From a virus (Duplodnaviria; Heunggongvirae; Uroviricota; Caudoviricetes), in the IMG/VR virus record IMGVR_UViG_2687453508_000006: 64,000 nucleotides of DNA, one strand, 5' to 3'. A program made the position numbers and the translations under genes. A model generated the notes under the pieces. The model did not search any database, was not told the DNA's origin, and saw only the letters and a list, made by a program, of their open reading frames with translations. This document shows, piece after piece, positions 20,504 to 31,782 of this stretch; positions within the stretch are counted from its first letter, which is position 1; every line of letters begins with the position of its first letter.

Positions 20504-20629
20504 CAAATGTTAACTGCTGCCTGGTTAACATTTGCTGAAAAAGCCTGTTAACATTTTTTCCGCACAACAAACTGAATAATAAAGATAAAAACCGCAAAAA
20601 TGCCCGGGCAGCCAGTTAACATGTTAACT
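20504..20629. other. cos/terminase-recognition-like region with GTTAACAT palindromes
   Basis: Inverted repeat CAAATGTTAAC/GTTAACATTTG (20504-20534), CTGTTAACATTTT, and perfect 16-bp palindrome AGTTAACATGTTAACT (20614-20629) between HNH and terS. Confidence 0.4.
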
Positions 20630-20720
20630 GCCCTGAAACGGGAATTTTTTCTCTGCGTGAGAGGGGGCGCGGTGTCCAGGGCGATCGTTTTTTTCGCCGG
20701 ATGATCCCCCCCGGGTCTGG

Positions 20721-21086
20721 TCACAGGCCAGTGATTCCGTCGGCCCTGAGCGTGCCATCAGGAAGCTCAGGCAACGTCGGATCAGGCATACCACTCGCCG
20801 CTTCACTCGCTGACTTCTGGCGATGGCATTCAGTACAGAGGGTCCAGAGGTTCGTCTCCTCATTACCACCACCGAACTGAAGTGCAATGCGGTGATCGAG
20901 TTCACTGTCACAAAGGTCAACCACGCGTCTACAGAGACAACAGTGTCCGGCATCCCTCCGCCAGATACGACGTTTGAGGGAAACCCGGGCACTGCCACTG
21001 ACACGACGCTGTTCCCCCCTCAGGACATTTATCCGCCGGGTGTTCAGAGTTTTGATTCTGCCCGGTAACGTACGAAGCACAGCCAT
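20721..21086 (-). CDS. HNH homing-type endonuclease (terminase-associated)
   Basis: 121 aa, Cys pairs and DHRIALQFGG...NLWTLCTECH HNH motif. Confidence 0.8.
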   Translation of the reverse strand: MAVLRTLPGRIKTLNTRRINVLRGEQRRVSGSARVSLKRRIWRRDAGHCCLCRRVVDLCDSELDHRIALQFGGGNEETNLWTLCTECHRQKSASEAASGMPDPTLPELPDGTLRADGITGL

Positions 21087-21127
21087 GTAAAATCCTCGCC
21101 ATATAGCTTGTCACCAGAGGAAAGAAA

Positions 21128-21355
21128 ATGTCATCGAAAAACCGGCCCCGCAGAACAACAACCCGCAACATCCGATTTCCAAACCAGATGATTGAACAAA
21201 TTAACATCGCTCTTGACCAGAAAGGTTCAGAAAATTTTTCTGCGTGGGTCATTGAATCTTGCCGCCGGGAGCTGGCAGCAGACATAAAATATGCCCGTCA
21301 GTTGACTATAAAAAAGAATGATACACAGTATGCTCTGCGATGGCTGTTCATATAA
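21128..21355 (+). CDS. ylcI: YlcI/YnfO-family small protein (DUF3950-like)
   Basis: 75 aa MSSKNRPRRTTTRNIRFPNQMIEQINIALDQKGSENFSAWVIE...; plus-strand gene inside late region. Confidence 0.65.
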   Translation: MSSKNRPRRTTTRNIRFPNQMIEQINIALDQKGSENFSAWVIESCRRELAADIKYARQLTIKKNDTQYALRWLFI

Positions 21356-21718
21356 CTATTTCTTTATATTGCTGAATTTATAAAAACTCACAGACATTAG
21401 CTGTATTAATTCCGAATTGAAATAATCAGCCATATAGAATAAAAATAAAGCATAACAATAATAATCTTCTACCCAATCAGTACATTACTGCTGTGACTCC
21501 AACACGGCAGTTTTTTTATTGAACAGATTCCAGTTTCTTCCACCATCGCACCGGACGGGCGACCATGAGGGGAGAACGCCGCGCTCCGTTTACGCGGTAA
21601 ACCCCGGTGTGTATCGTTTTTTGATTATCCCCGCACACTCTCGCAGAGGAGTCTCCCTGTCGGGCTGCGGTCTCTGTTAATGCAGGAATACGGCGACGAT
21701 ACGGCGCATCAGCAAAAC

Positions 21719-22187
21719 TTAGTTCAGGCACTGAGTGCGGATATAGTCCTGTGCCCCTTCCAGCTGCTTCTGCATTGTCATCAACCGTTCTCTGAGGATG
21801 AAATAATCCCGTTCAGCGGTGTCTGCCAGTCGGGGGCCGGTTGCATTATCCACGCCGGAGGTGCCGGTGGCTTCACGCACGGTACCGGAGCAGGTGGCGT
21901 TGATCCGCAGGCGCTTACGACCAGCGGCAACATCAGCACGCAGAGTTTCATTTTCAGCTCTCGCATCGGCTAACTCCCTCGAGTATTTTGCATCGAGCGC
22001 CAGCAACATCACGCTGGCGCACCTGCATGTCAGTAATGGTGGCATTCGCCTGTTCCAGCTCTCTGGCTTTTTTATCGCGCTGCGCTTTGTAGGTGAGCGC
22101 GTTGTCACGGTAATGGTTTGTTGCCAGCCACAGCGCACCATAGCCAACCGCCAGGACAATAATCACCACACACAGAACACGGTTCAT
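21719..22187 (-). pseudogene. Rz: i-spanin Rz, frameshifted in this copy
   Basis: N-terminal ORF 21954-22187 and C-terminal ORF 21719-22159 in different frames; extra C near 22000 relative to intact copy at 38864-39331. Confidence 0.7.
21781..21966 (-). CDS. Rz1: o-spanin lipoprotein Rz1 embedded in Rz
   Basis: 61 aa, lipobox LVVSAC then Pro-rich region, +1 frame inside Rz. Confidence 0.6.
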   Translation of the reverse strand: MRELKMKLCVLMLPLVVSACGSTPPAPVPCVKPPAPPAWIMQPAPDWQTPLNGIISSSENG

Positions 22188-22194
22188 CTCTCTT

Positions 22195-22329
22195 TCACCC
22201 CACCAGTCCCGATAACGTCAGGACTCGCCAGGCGGTGGAAAAGAAAATGGCAACCAGCATGACTAAAAATGAAATGCCGACAAGTACACAGAGGCTCTTC
22301 ACCAGCGTTATGAGTTTATCTGATATCAT
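22195..22329 (-). CDS. small hydrophobic ORF (44 aa) immediately upstream of Rz
   Basis: [44 protein letters not shown]; ends 7 nt before Rz start. Confidence 0.25.
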   Translation of the reverse strand: MISDKLITLVKSLCVLVGISFLVMLVAIFFSTAWRVLTLSGLVG

Positions 22330-22511
22330 TAGCCACCCCATCAATCCGCCTTTGTTATTTTCCCTTTGCCTGTATCAGCCAGGACAAAATCAATCAGCAT
22401 ATTCGCTTCATTTACCAGCGTACGGATTTTTGATACATGCGCGGCTTTAACCTGTTTCCACTCATTCAGCCCGGTAGCAAACACACTGGCAATGTTTTTA
22501 TCCGTTTCATG

Positions 22512-22904
22512 TCAGCACAAAGCCTGGTTGAGTTCTTCCATCACGCTCATTTTACGGGGATTAACGACAAAACCCTTCGTCCAGTACTCGTAAAGAACAT
22601 CGTCGCACTCTTCCTGATACCGGATGACCTTATCGCGGATTTCGGGTTTTACTTTGTTGGGATTAATGGTTTGTAGCCAGCCGGCAAGTTTTCGAAGTGG
22701 CATGGACACCATATTGCGTTGTTTCCCATCCTCAGCAACCATAACGATTTCCGTTATAGTTGACGCAAAACGCTGTCTTAACTTAGCCAACTGTGATTGC
22801 CAGGCCAGCCCCATCCCCGCAACGACAGGTTTCATGGGAACGTATGGTTTTTGGTTAACTACATAAAGAGAGTTGCCGTGAAACGGCACGGCCATCATAT
22901 TCAT
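22512..22904 (-). pseudogene. antirepressor-like protein (P22_AR N-domain-like), truncated in this copy
   Basis: 130-aa ORF vs 189 aa at 39485-40054; 6-bp deletion near 22850 and frameshift near 22515. Confidence 0.5.
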
Positions 22905-23172
22905 CGGTTATTTCCTTTTAGTGATGAACCTTGTCTCACAGGAATCCAGCCCACAGAAAGGCACCGACAGCCAAACCGGTATCCTCAAGGGTCATCCTGA
23001 AAGGTTCTGTGTTGTGAGATGCGCGTGAGATGCGCAGAAATGACAAAGGCATCATTACGGTGCCTGAGTTAAACAACTGCTTTGACTTTATTCACTTACA
23101 TTTTGCCAATTTGCAGGATTTCGTGTTATCCGTCCATGTAAGCAAACCTCATTTTTCAGCAAAATATTCTGC

Positions 23173-23706
23173 TTATCTGTCGATTCCCCAGCACGCCAGC
23201 GCGCTCTCCTGGTCACGACGGGATACCTGACCGTAACAGTTATTTGAGCGAATACGGCAGTCCCTGCCACCGTCCTTAATCCACCAGCGAATCGCTTCGC
23301 AGGCACCTTTTCGATCTCCTGCATTAATCCGTCTGTAAAACGTCGACGGGAAACACTTACCGGGGCCAATGTTGTACGGACAGAATGACGCGATCCCCGC
23401 TTTCTGGGGTTCGGTCAGCGGCACTCTGATGTTTTTCTCCACCCATGCCAGCGCCTTATCACGCTCAATGGCGTTAACCCGGTCGCATTTTTCCTTCGAC
23501 AGCTTCATGCCAGGAATAACAGGCTTACCATCCCCCCGGGTGGCTCCACGGCAGATGGTCCAGATACCCGCACCATCACGGTATGCTGTGGTGTGGTTAC
23601 CTTCCTTTTCATCCAGAAACTGGTCGAGGATTTCAGGCGCAGACGCCCCTGCACCAATCAGCGCCAGAACGGCAGCCGACAGGCCGTATCTGATTTTTGC
23701 GTTCAT
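23173..23706 (-). CDS. R: SAR endolysin (phage lysozyme, GH24-like)
   Basis: 177 aa, N-terminal signal-anchor-release segment LSAAVLALIGAGASA then lysozyme core. Confidence 0.85.
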   Translation of the reverse strand: MNAKIRYGLSAAVLALIGAGASAPEILDQFLDEKEGNHTTAYRDGAGIWTICRGATRGDGKPVIPGMKLSKEKCDRVNAIERDKALAWVEKNIRVPLTEPQKAGIASFCPYNIGPGKCFPSTFYRRINAGDRKGACEAIRWWIKDGGRDCRIRSNNCYGQVSRRDQESALACWGIDR

Positions 23707-23769
23707 GGATATTTATCAGGGTTTATCGATTTCAAATCCCTGGATATGTTAAGTCTTCAGGCCAGCGGT

Positions 23770-24166
23770 CTCTCAGCTCCTGCTCCGGGTCCGCTTCCGG
23801 ATTGCCCGCCACAAAATTCACCGCATCCAGAAAACGGGCATACACCCGGCGGCGGACCACCGTGGCCCCCACCAGGCTCTGCAGGTCCTCCGCCATCCCG
23901 GTGACCAGACCGAACAGATTGGACACCGTCAGCGACGGGCGGGCACTGCTGCCCTTCCCGTTCATCTCAAAGCCACTGCCGTCAATCGGGTATACCTGAT
24001 ATTGCCGCCCCTGCCAGGTGACCGCCTCCCCTTTTTCATTCAGCTCATTACAGAAAAAATACCGCTCACCGCCCTGCACCGTCAGGTCGATTTCCCAGAG
24101 CACCACCCGCGGTGACTGCTCTGACTTAACCGACTCGTTCAGGCTTTCTTCATGAATATTCTGCAT
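23770..24166 (-). pseudogene. L: L gene 5' fragment, 3'-truncated at the duplication junction
   Basis: ORF 23732-24193 = L N-terminal ~133 aa fused after ...ELRDRW to 20 codons from the R-upstream region. Confidence 0.7.
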
Positions 24167-24507
24167 CAGTTCACCACCTGCTCTATCGTGCAACTGAAAT
24201 CACTGTACCGGGCGTTATCCGTGACGCTCCACTCCCGGCACACACCCCTCACCGTCCGGTTATGTTTCGGCGGTCGCCACAAAAAGGCACGGTAACCACC
24301 ATGCCAGGATAAAAATTCATCCAGCCAGCGCCGGGTTGACTCATCCGTCACCCGGAACACCGCCTGAAACGTCTTCAGTTGAGGATTCAGCCCTGTGGGG
24401 CGGCGCTGTTCATAACCGTCACCAAACCGCACCCTCACCACCGACGGCTTCTCACTCACCTGCATCCCTTCACGCGGGACCAGATGCAGCGTTTTTATCT
24501 CAGCCAC
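24166..24507 (-). CDS. M: minor tail protein M (copy 2)
   Basis: 113 aa, one substitution vs 6844-7185. Confidence 0.8.
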   Translation of the reverse strand: MAEIKTLHLVPREGMQVSEKPSVVRVRFGDGYEQRRPTGLNPQLKTFQAVFRVTDESTRRWLDEFLSWHGGYRAFLWRPPKHNRTVRGVCREWSVTDNARYSDFSCTIEQVVN

Positions 24508-27500
24508 TCAGCATTCCTCCGTCACGTCGCATGGACAGCATCACCGCCTGCACCCGCTGGTCAATCAGCTGCACAAGACTGCCTGCCGCCTCCGGCCCTA
24601 TCTGTCCGTTAGCCCCGTCATTCTGAATGGCGATGTGGTAGACCGGGGAATACACCAGACCAGCACTGCCGTTCATACTGCCCACGGCGCGTACGCCCAG
24701 CGAGCCATCCGCCGCCCGGGTCAGGGGCATAATAGCTTCAGGTCCGGCTTCCCCATCAGCCCGGCCCCTTTTGCAAACGCAAAGTACGTGGGCGTGTCCA
24801 CAATGCTGTTGCTGTACGCGCTCAGGTTTGCCGAGGTATACACGCCGCCTTTTGCATTGGCCACCGCTCCGCCCAGCCAGTCACCAATGCTGCCGAGAAA
24901 TCCTCCCGCACCGGACATACCGTTTGCCGCCGTCTTAATTCCGTTGACAATCGCGGCATTCATAAGAACTTTTGATATTTCCTGCAGTACGGATGAGGCC
25001 CAGCTGCGCCATTCCACTTTATTTCCGTTCAGCATCTCCGTGATGTTATTCACCATCCCTGAGATACCCTCCGTCGCCAGCTGTGCTGCCTGTGAGGCGT
25101 AATCGGACGCATTATCCACCCAGTTACTGAATCCCTCCTGCAGCCCTTTCTGCCAGTCCGCACGCTGCACATCCGATTCGGCATAAAAGACTGCCTGGTC
25201 CTTAAGGCGTTCGCTCAGATACTGCGCGTTCTGTGCCAGAGCCCTTCTGTAAAAATCCTCACTGATATCCCCGGTCTGATACTGAGACTGAAGGTCCGCA
25301 TCCTTCTGGCGGAAGCTCGCGGATCTGCTGCAACTCCCGCATGCGTTCTCTGGCTCGCTCCCCCTGCCCGTACCCCAGCAGTTCAGCATCATTCGACGCA
25401 CGCGCAGCCGCATTCTCATTCTTCAGGGTCTCTTCCCGGGATCGCAACTGTTCCCGGATTTTTTGCTGGTCAATCAGGGCCGCATTGCGCAGCAGTTCCT
25501 GCTTCTGTATCTCCGTCAGGGTTTTCAGTTCACCCAGCGCTGTCTGGTACTTCAGCTTCGCCAGCTCTGTATTCTGACCGGCCAGTGCCAGTTGCTCTTT
25601 CTGCTGCTTCAGCAGCCGGGAAAAACTGTCTTCCGCTTTTTCCGTCTCTGATTTTCCACCCCGGGATTTGGGTTTATTCGCCTCGTTATTGCGCCAGGCT
25701 TCCAGGGCATTACTGATATAACGTTGTCTCGCCTCCTGATACGGATCCCCCACAAAACCGAGGTCATCCGCCGCATACCCCAGTCGGACACGCTCTTTTT
25801 CTTCCCCTTTCAGTCTGGACAGGGCCAGCTCACGCTCTGTTTTTGTCAGGGCACTCTGCTGTTTATCATCCAGAGTGGCCTGTGGCAGCCGTAACGGCAC
25901 ATTCACCAGTCCCTGCCGCTGCTGAAGCAGTTCATTCCCAGCCCCAGCAGACGGTTGAATTCCGTATGCTGACCGTTCATAACCAGCATGGACTGGTACA
26001 CCTTATTCTGCTCTGCCGCCTGCTGACGAATTAACGCCACACGACGGTCTTCCAGCCCGGCAAGCACATCCTGAATGGACTGCGCTTTTTCCTGCAGTTT
26101 TGCACCCGACTGGCCTGTTCATCATCTGAGCCGCCTGCCTGGTTCTGCTCTGTCAGCGCCGCCCGTGTTCGTCCTTCATTATCTGAGGCTTCAGGCAAAG
26201 ACATTGACGGCGTTTTATGCGCGATTTCATCTATCGTCAGTGCATACTGGCGCGCAGACTCCCTGGCCTGCTCCTGATTCTGGTACAGCGTGTACCATGC
26301 TGCAGCCCCCAGCATCACCAGTCCGGGTACGCCACCAACCAGCCCCAGCGCACCGCTCATCAGACGTGAGCCCACCGCCGTTGTACTGTTCAGCGCATTC
26401 TGGGCGGCGCTTCTGGCAGCAATATTTCTGTTCAGGCGTTCCTGTGTGGCCGCCAGACGGGCCTCTGCAGCAATCTGCATCTCCGTCCCGCGGGCTGCCG
26501 CCACGGCCTGCTGAGCACGGTACACGGCTGCCCTTGCCCGCGCCGTGGCAATCTGCGTTCCCCTGAACTGTGCTTCCGCCAGTGCAACTTCATTACGTGC
26601 AGCCGTCACAAGTCCTGCCGTGGCAGACATCGCTCCGGAGGCCATATTGCCAAAGTACCGGGCAACCCCGACGGCAACCAGCGCGCCCACGGCTGTTGCC
26701 ACATTATCAATCTGTCCGGCAACACCGTTCAGCATGCCGGAGAGCGTTTTTGTCACCCCGCTGGCCTCATTCGCACCGCCCACCCAGGCCATAAAGGCGT
26801 TTTCCACCTTTGTGATACTACTGGAAACCGTTTCCGGCATGGCCGCATATTCATCACGTAATATCCCCAGCTGGCTGATTAACGCGGGGACCACTTTATC
26901 CGCTGTCAGTTTTCCGTCATCCGCCATTGCCTTCAGATCTTTACGGGCCACGCCCATACCCGCAGCCAGTGCACGTACGATCCGGTCACCACTTTCATTG
27001 ACCGAATTAAATTCCTCACCGCGCAACACACCCTGTGCCAGCGCCTGGCTGAACTGGGTGATCACCGAACCCGCCTCAGCCGTACTGGCACCGGAGATTT
27101 TCAGCCCCGTGAAATGGCCTCCGTCACCTTCAGTACATCATCAGCACTGTAACCATATTCACGCATCGAGGCAGCCGAACGGGCAAACAGGGCCGCATTA
27201 TCCGAAAATGCGGTGCCTGTCCGCTGGCTGATATCCATCAGCACTTTCTGTGATGACGCAAATTCATCGGATGACTGTGATGCCTGTTTCAGACGGGCAT
27301 TCACGGCTCCACTCATCCGCCAGTGAAATCAGGTGTCCGGTGGCAAAGGCACCGGCAAATGCGCCAGCCATTCCGACAGCAGAACCGCGAATTTCCGTCA
27401 ACTGGCTGTTCAGTTCAGCCAGGGCACGTCGCTGCTCCCGGGCTGCCGCAGCGGCCTGACGCCCGCCATTCTGCAGGGTCCGGTAATATTCACTGCCCAT

Positions 27501-27581
27501 ACGGGACGCCCGCTGGATCTCCGACTGGAATGACTGTGAATTTGCCGAAATTTTGATAATCAGTTCACGTAACGTCGCCAT
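24500..27581 (-). pseudogene. H: tape measure protein H, multiply frameshifted (copy 2)
   Basis: Six ORF fragments (24500-24730, 24721-25419, 25259-25906, 26031-27065, 27101-27316, 27264-27581); ~161 bp shorter than copy 1. Confidence 0.8.
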
Positions 27582-27632
27582 TCACCTTTCTCCGGGCAAA
27601 AAAAACCTGCCACAGCAGGTTTTCATCATTAT

Positions 27633-28309
27633 TTATGACATTGCTGCAAGGCTCAGCGCGTCTTCCAGCGCCGCAAACGGATCCACCTCCGGCTTATCCT
27701 CATCCTCGCCCCAGCAGAGCATGGCGTCCTTCAGTGCAACATTCATCCCCTGTGCCCCGAAAACCGCTTTCACGATCTGTGCATTACGGATATCCCCGCG
27801 CTCATCACCCAGCGGGGATACCCTGTCGAACTCCATCCACATCATCGCCTCGCTCGCACTCAGGCTGTGGCGCAGTTCGGATAAGGTGCGCCCCAGACGG
27901 AGCGCAAGTCGCATCAGAAAGCGAATTTCCGGGCGGGCTACTTTTTTCTGGCCGACTCTGCATCAGCGATCAGTTCCAGTGCCTGACGCAGCAACCGGGC
28001 ATGTACGGACCATAGACGGCCAGCACCTGCTCACGGTCGTCCGGAGTGAACACCCGCTGCAGGTCCGTATCACACAGGATCGCAGAACAGCGTCACATCC
28101 GCTTCCAGGTTACGGCGGGTTTTCGCCACCACCGACAGGGTATCGTCATCCTCTCCATCACCATTGAGCACTTCCTGCCACAGATACCAGGCCTCTGCCG
28201 AAGGCTCCCGCAGCACCACGCTGACATTTCTCCATTCCGGCACCTTCACCGTTTTATGACGAAACCCCGACAGTCTGGCCAGCGCCAGTGTTTTCAGATC
28301 TTTTTCCAT
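27633..28309 (-). pseudogene. tail assembly chaperone G/T region, G disrupted (copy 2)
   Basis: T ORF 27633-27914 intact; G reduced to a 79-aa fragment 28070-28309. Confidence 0.55.
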
Positions 28310-28381
28310 AAGCCCATCCCCCGCACCATTTTACTGTCACGCATCAACAGAGTAATGCTCTGCGGCTGTTCTCTGAATCCG

Positions 28382-29023
28382 TTACCACGCAGGTATAAGC
28401 CCCCTTATCACGGACTGCGCACCTGGCTTACTGAAAGTGTCAGTAGTCTGTCCCTCAACCGGCTGACCATCCTTCTTCCAGGCGTATTTATACGGCGGCG
28501 TTCCCCCGTTGGCACTGACTGACATTGTCAGCAGCGCACCGGTATTCACGGTAAGTGTCTTATCCAGATTTTTCACAAACGCCAGCGGTACCACAAAGGA
28601 CACCGGTTTGCCTTTCAGACGCAGTGAGAACGTTGCAGCCACCACGCCGTTGGTACCGGATGACCAGGTGTGCTGGCGCACTTCCGCCAGGAACTTAAAG
28701 CCCTTACCGGACGGAAACAGCACCTTAAACGCATACAACGCGTCATTGTCATAGGCATCACGCAGGGCGTTCTGGGCCTGATTCAGATAAAAATTGCCCG
28801 ACATGGAAATCTCAGACGACGCCCCCAGACCATTGATGTTCTCCTGCTCTGTGGAGCAGAGCGTGGTCACATCAATATCCTGTTTCTGACCGGCGGTGAA
28901 CTGGACTTCCTTGATGGTGCAGTCCAGGCGCAGATATTCCGCCTTATCCATAGTTTCAGCAGTCGCCGGGGCAGATGAAATCATCACCTGCGTCAGCTGT
29001 GAGCGTTCATACAAAGCAGACAT
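28382..29023 (-). pseudogene. V: major tail protein V with frameshifted C-terminus (copy 2)
   Basis: Same N-terminus as 11162-11878 but ends ...FSKPGAQSVIRGLIPAW; Ig-like tail lost. Confidence 0.55.
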
Positions 29024-29091
29024 TCTGCCTCCTGATAATAAAAAAACCCGCACGCGGCGGGGTATGGGTTTTGTAGAAAAAAAAGAAAAAG

Positions 29092-29435
29092 TCACACCGT
29101 GACCTGAAACTCCAGGGTTGCACGGTAACAGCGGTTTTCCGGAATATAGTCCTGCATTTCACTGACGGATCCCGGGGCCAGCAGCATTATGGCTTCACGG
29201 GCGTCTGACGTATCTGACGCGCCTGCGTCACAGTCCCGGCATAAACGTCTATCTGCACCGACACTGAGGACTCCGCCTGCCCGCCCATCACGTCCGCAGA
29301 CACCGATGAAATCAGGCTGAAAACCACCCACGGAAGCGCCACCGACGGCCTGCCATCCAGCAGGGGGACCACATACGGGTACACCTGCCCGCCGGCAAGA
29401 TGCGCCAGATAAGGATACAAATCCGCCTCCGTCAT
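29092..29435 (-). pseudogene. tail terminator-like gene, frameshifted (copy 2)
   Basis: Split into ORFs 29187-29435 and 29092-29331. Confidence 0.45.
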
Positions 29436-29878
29436 CGTCTCAGTACCTCATCAATGGCCCGGTTCATCCGCGCAATCGCCACCTGAGCTGCCTGTTCACT
29501 GCGCACATCAAACGCCGGGCGCACAAACGGGTGCGGTGGCATATTCACGGTCCCCATTTCCACAAACCGCCAGTAGAAAGCATTGCGCGGGTTATCCGCC
29601 TTCATGGTGTTATCGCTGTTACCGGTGTCCGGATTAACACCACGGATATGGACACCGGATTCCATCCCGCCATCGCGGGAGCGCCGGGAAAGGACCACCA
29701 CATTGCGGCGCAGTTTTCCCCTGCGTACCGGTGCCCGTGACACCACTTCTTCTTTCAGCACATTCGCACCCGCACGGGTTGCCTCACGCAGCACCCGGTT
29801 ATTTTCCGCACCACTCAGAAGCTGCAAATCGCGGCTGATGTCCTCCAGCCCCGAAAAATCCAGCAGGGTTTCGATCAT
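29432..29878 (-). CDS. HK97 gp10-family tail-component protein (copy 2)
   Basis: Identical protein to 12288-12734. Confidence 0.65.
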   Translation of the reverse strand: MIETLLDFSGLEDISRDLQLLSGAENNRVLREATRAGANVLKEEVVSRAPVRRGKLRRNVVVLSRRSRDGGMESGVHIRGVNPDTGNSDNTMKADNPRNAFYWRFVEMGTVNMPPHPFVRPAFDVRSEQAAQVAIARMNRAIDEVLRR

Positions 29879-30226
29879 TTTTCCCCTCCCAGCCGACAGA
29901 GAATTTCCAGACGCCCGCCGGTCACATCCGGCACGGGCAGCCCGACAACGTTCAGGATCCGGTCACGCCATGGACCACTCAGCACATGAAGTCGTGACGC
30001 TGCCGTGATTTCCCGGCCGGACTGACCGCGCACCCAGATGCGGATTTCCGCCTGCGCCATTTCCGCACCGGACTGCATCCGCTCCCGGCTGCTCCTGCCA
30101 CGGATATCCGCATGAATTTTCCCGCATGACACCCATTCTTCCGTCATTTCTCCCGGCAGCATTACGGGTTAACACCGGGTTCAGAACACTTATCATCTGT
30201 GTCAGACGACCTGCAGATATTGCCAT
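29875..30226 (-). pseudogene. head-tail adaptor gene, frameshifted (copy 2)
   Basis: Split into ORFs 29963-30226 and 29875-30162. Confidence 0.5.
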
Positions 30227-30235
30227 TCCCCCTCC

Positions 30236-30562
30236 TCATAACACCGTCGGACAACGCAAATCGTAAATCAGCACGGACACAGAAAACGGCAGTTCCCCCT
30301 GCACGAGGTCTTCCCGCTCAGCAAGATCCGGATTCCGGTACAGCATCCCGGTCAGTCGCATGGCAGCCCCCTTCATCCGGGTTAATGCCTCGCCCGGGAT
30401 CAGCTCACCGTCCTCACGAATCACCTTATCCCGGCTGCCCTGAATGTAGGCCAGCAGCACGGCGGTAGCCTGACGAACCTTGTCCATCAGCATGTCATCA
30501 TCCGCGTCATGGTCGACACGCAGATGTGCCTTGATCTCTTCCAGTGTCAGTAATGCCGTCAT
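30236..30562 (-). CDS. gp6-like head-tail connector protein (copy 2)
   Basis: Identical to 13091-13417. Confidence 0.6.
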   Translation of the reverse strand: MTALLTLEEIKAHLRVDHDADDDMLMDKVRQATAVLLAYIQGSRDKVIREDGELIPGEALTRMKGAAMRLTGMLYRNPDLAEREDLVQGELPFSVSVLIYDLRCPTVL

Positions 30563-31782
30563 TTTCCGCCTCCTGCATCCCGTCCACGTTTGGCAGCCAG
30601 GGTCCAGCCTGATGAATGAGCTTCTCCGGGTTTATCACCGGTCATACTGTTGCAGTGCCACAGCGAGCCCCCCCACGTCACCGTATCACCGGGGTGGTAG
30701 GTTTCACCGGCTCTGAACACACCGCGGTAGAGCATCACCGGCAGGGAAAATGTTTTTTCCGTACGCTGGCCACTGCTCTGCCGGACCACCACAGTGAACG
30801 ACCGTTCGCCGGTCATGCTGACGTCAATATCGGCCACCCCGTCAACCAGGCATTCCCATCCCCGCATCCCGTGCGTTTTTTCATACGCCCGCCAGAGTCC
30901 GCCCTGGTGTGTGGCATACGTGCCCCGGGGAAAGGATTTTTGATCGTCAATGGCGGGGATTATTTCCAGTGCCGTGGCATCACGCCCGTCCTGCGGAGCC
31001 GGCAGGGCTCTCACCGCATCCAGAACAGCCTTCTGCAGAACATCGGGATCATAGTCACGACCATCACGCGGAACAGGAATATGGCTTACCGCCTCTTTCA
31101 CCATCTGTTCAAGCATCGGACGCACATCATCGGGGGTAATACTTTTGCCGTCCGCCGGTACCGGAATATTCGCAACCGCATCATTCACCGCCTGCTTCAG
31201 TACTTCCGGATCATAATCACGACCGTCACGCGGAGCAGGGATATGGCTTACAGCCTCTTTCACCATCTGCTCAAGCATCGGACGCACATCATCGGGGGTG
31301 ATACTTTTGCCGTCCGCCGGTACCGGAATATTCGCAACCGCATCATTCACCGCCTGCTTCAGTACTTCCGGATCATAATCACGACCGTCACGCGGAGCAG
31401 GGATATGGCTTACAGCCTCTTTCACCATCTGCTCAAGCATCGGACGCACATCATCGGGGGTGATACTTTTGCCGTCCGCCGGTACCGGAATATTCGCAAC
31501 CGCATCATTCACCGCCTGCTGCAGTACATCCGGATCATAATCACGACCATCACGCGGTACCGGAATGGTCCCCACAGCGTCATCCACCATCGCCTGCAGA
31601 ACCGGATGTACCTCATCCACCGTCACATGCTTCTGTAATACCGCCGACAGGGAAGCCAGTTTCTCTTCAAACGCTTGTGCCTGCGCGGCCATCTTCCCCT
31701 CAAATGTGCGCTGTAAATCCGCCAGCACCGTGGAGAATTCTTCGCCCAGTGCACGAATAATGGACAGTTCCCGTTCCGTCAT
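30559..31782 (-). CDS. 54-aa-repeat head-module protein (copy 2)
   Basis: Identical to 13414-14637. Confidence 0.6.
   Translation of the reverse strand: MTERELSIIRALGEEFSTVLADLQRTFEGKMAAQAQAFEEKLASLSAVLQKHVTVDEVHPVLQAMVDDAVGTIPVPRDGRDYDPDVLQQAVNDAVANIPVPADGKSITPDDVRPMLEQMVKEAVSHIPAPRDGRDYDPEVLKQAVNDAVANIPVPADGKSITPDDVRPMLEQMVKEAVSHIPAPRDGRDYDPEVLKQAVNDAVANIPVPADGKSITPDDVRPMLEQMVKEAVSHIPVPRDGRDYDPDVLQKAVLDAVRALPAPQDGRDATALEIIPAIDDQKSFPRGTYATHQGGLWRAYEKTHGMRGWECLVDGVADIDVSMTGERSFTVVVRQSSGQRTEKTFSLPVMLYRGVFRAGETYHPGDTVTWGGSLWHCNSMTGDKPGEAHSSGWTLAAKRGRDAGGGK
31081..31566. repeat. intragenic tandem repeat 3 x 162 bp (copy 2)
   Basis: Same as 13936-14421 at offset 17145. Confidence 0.7.

Larger units (their letters stand above)
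6448..23769. repeat. tandem direct repeat, copy 1 (17,322 bp)
   Basis: Co-linear with 23770-40921 at offsets 17145-17322; bounded by CCAGCGGT at 6440-6447 and 23762-23769. Confidence 0.85.

Noticed and set aside
21516-21731. 71-aa ORF downstream of Rz (and 22235-22450 plus-strand ORF)
   Set aside because: No RBS, overlaps the Rz 3' end or intergenic structure, Arg/Pro-rich translation typical of GC-rich noise.
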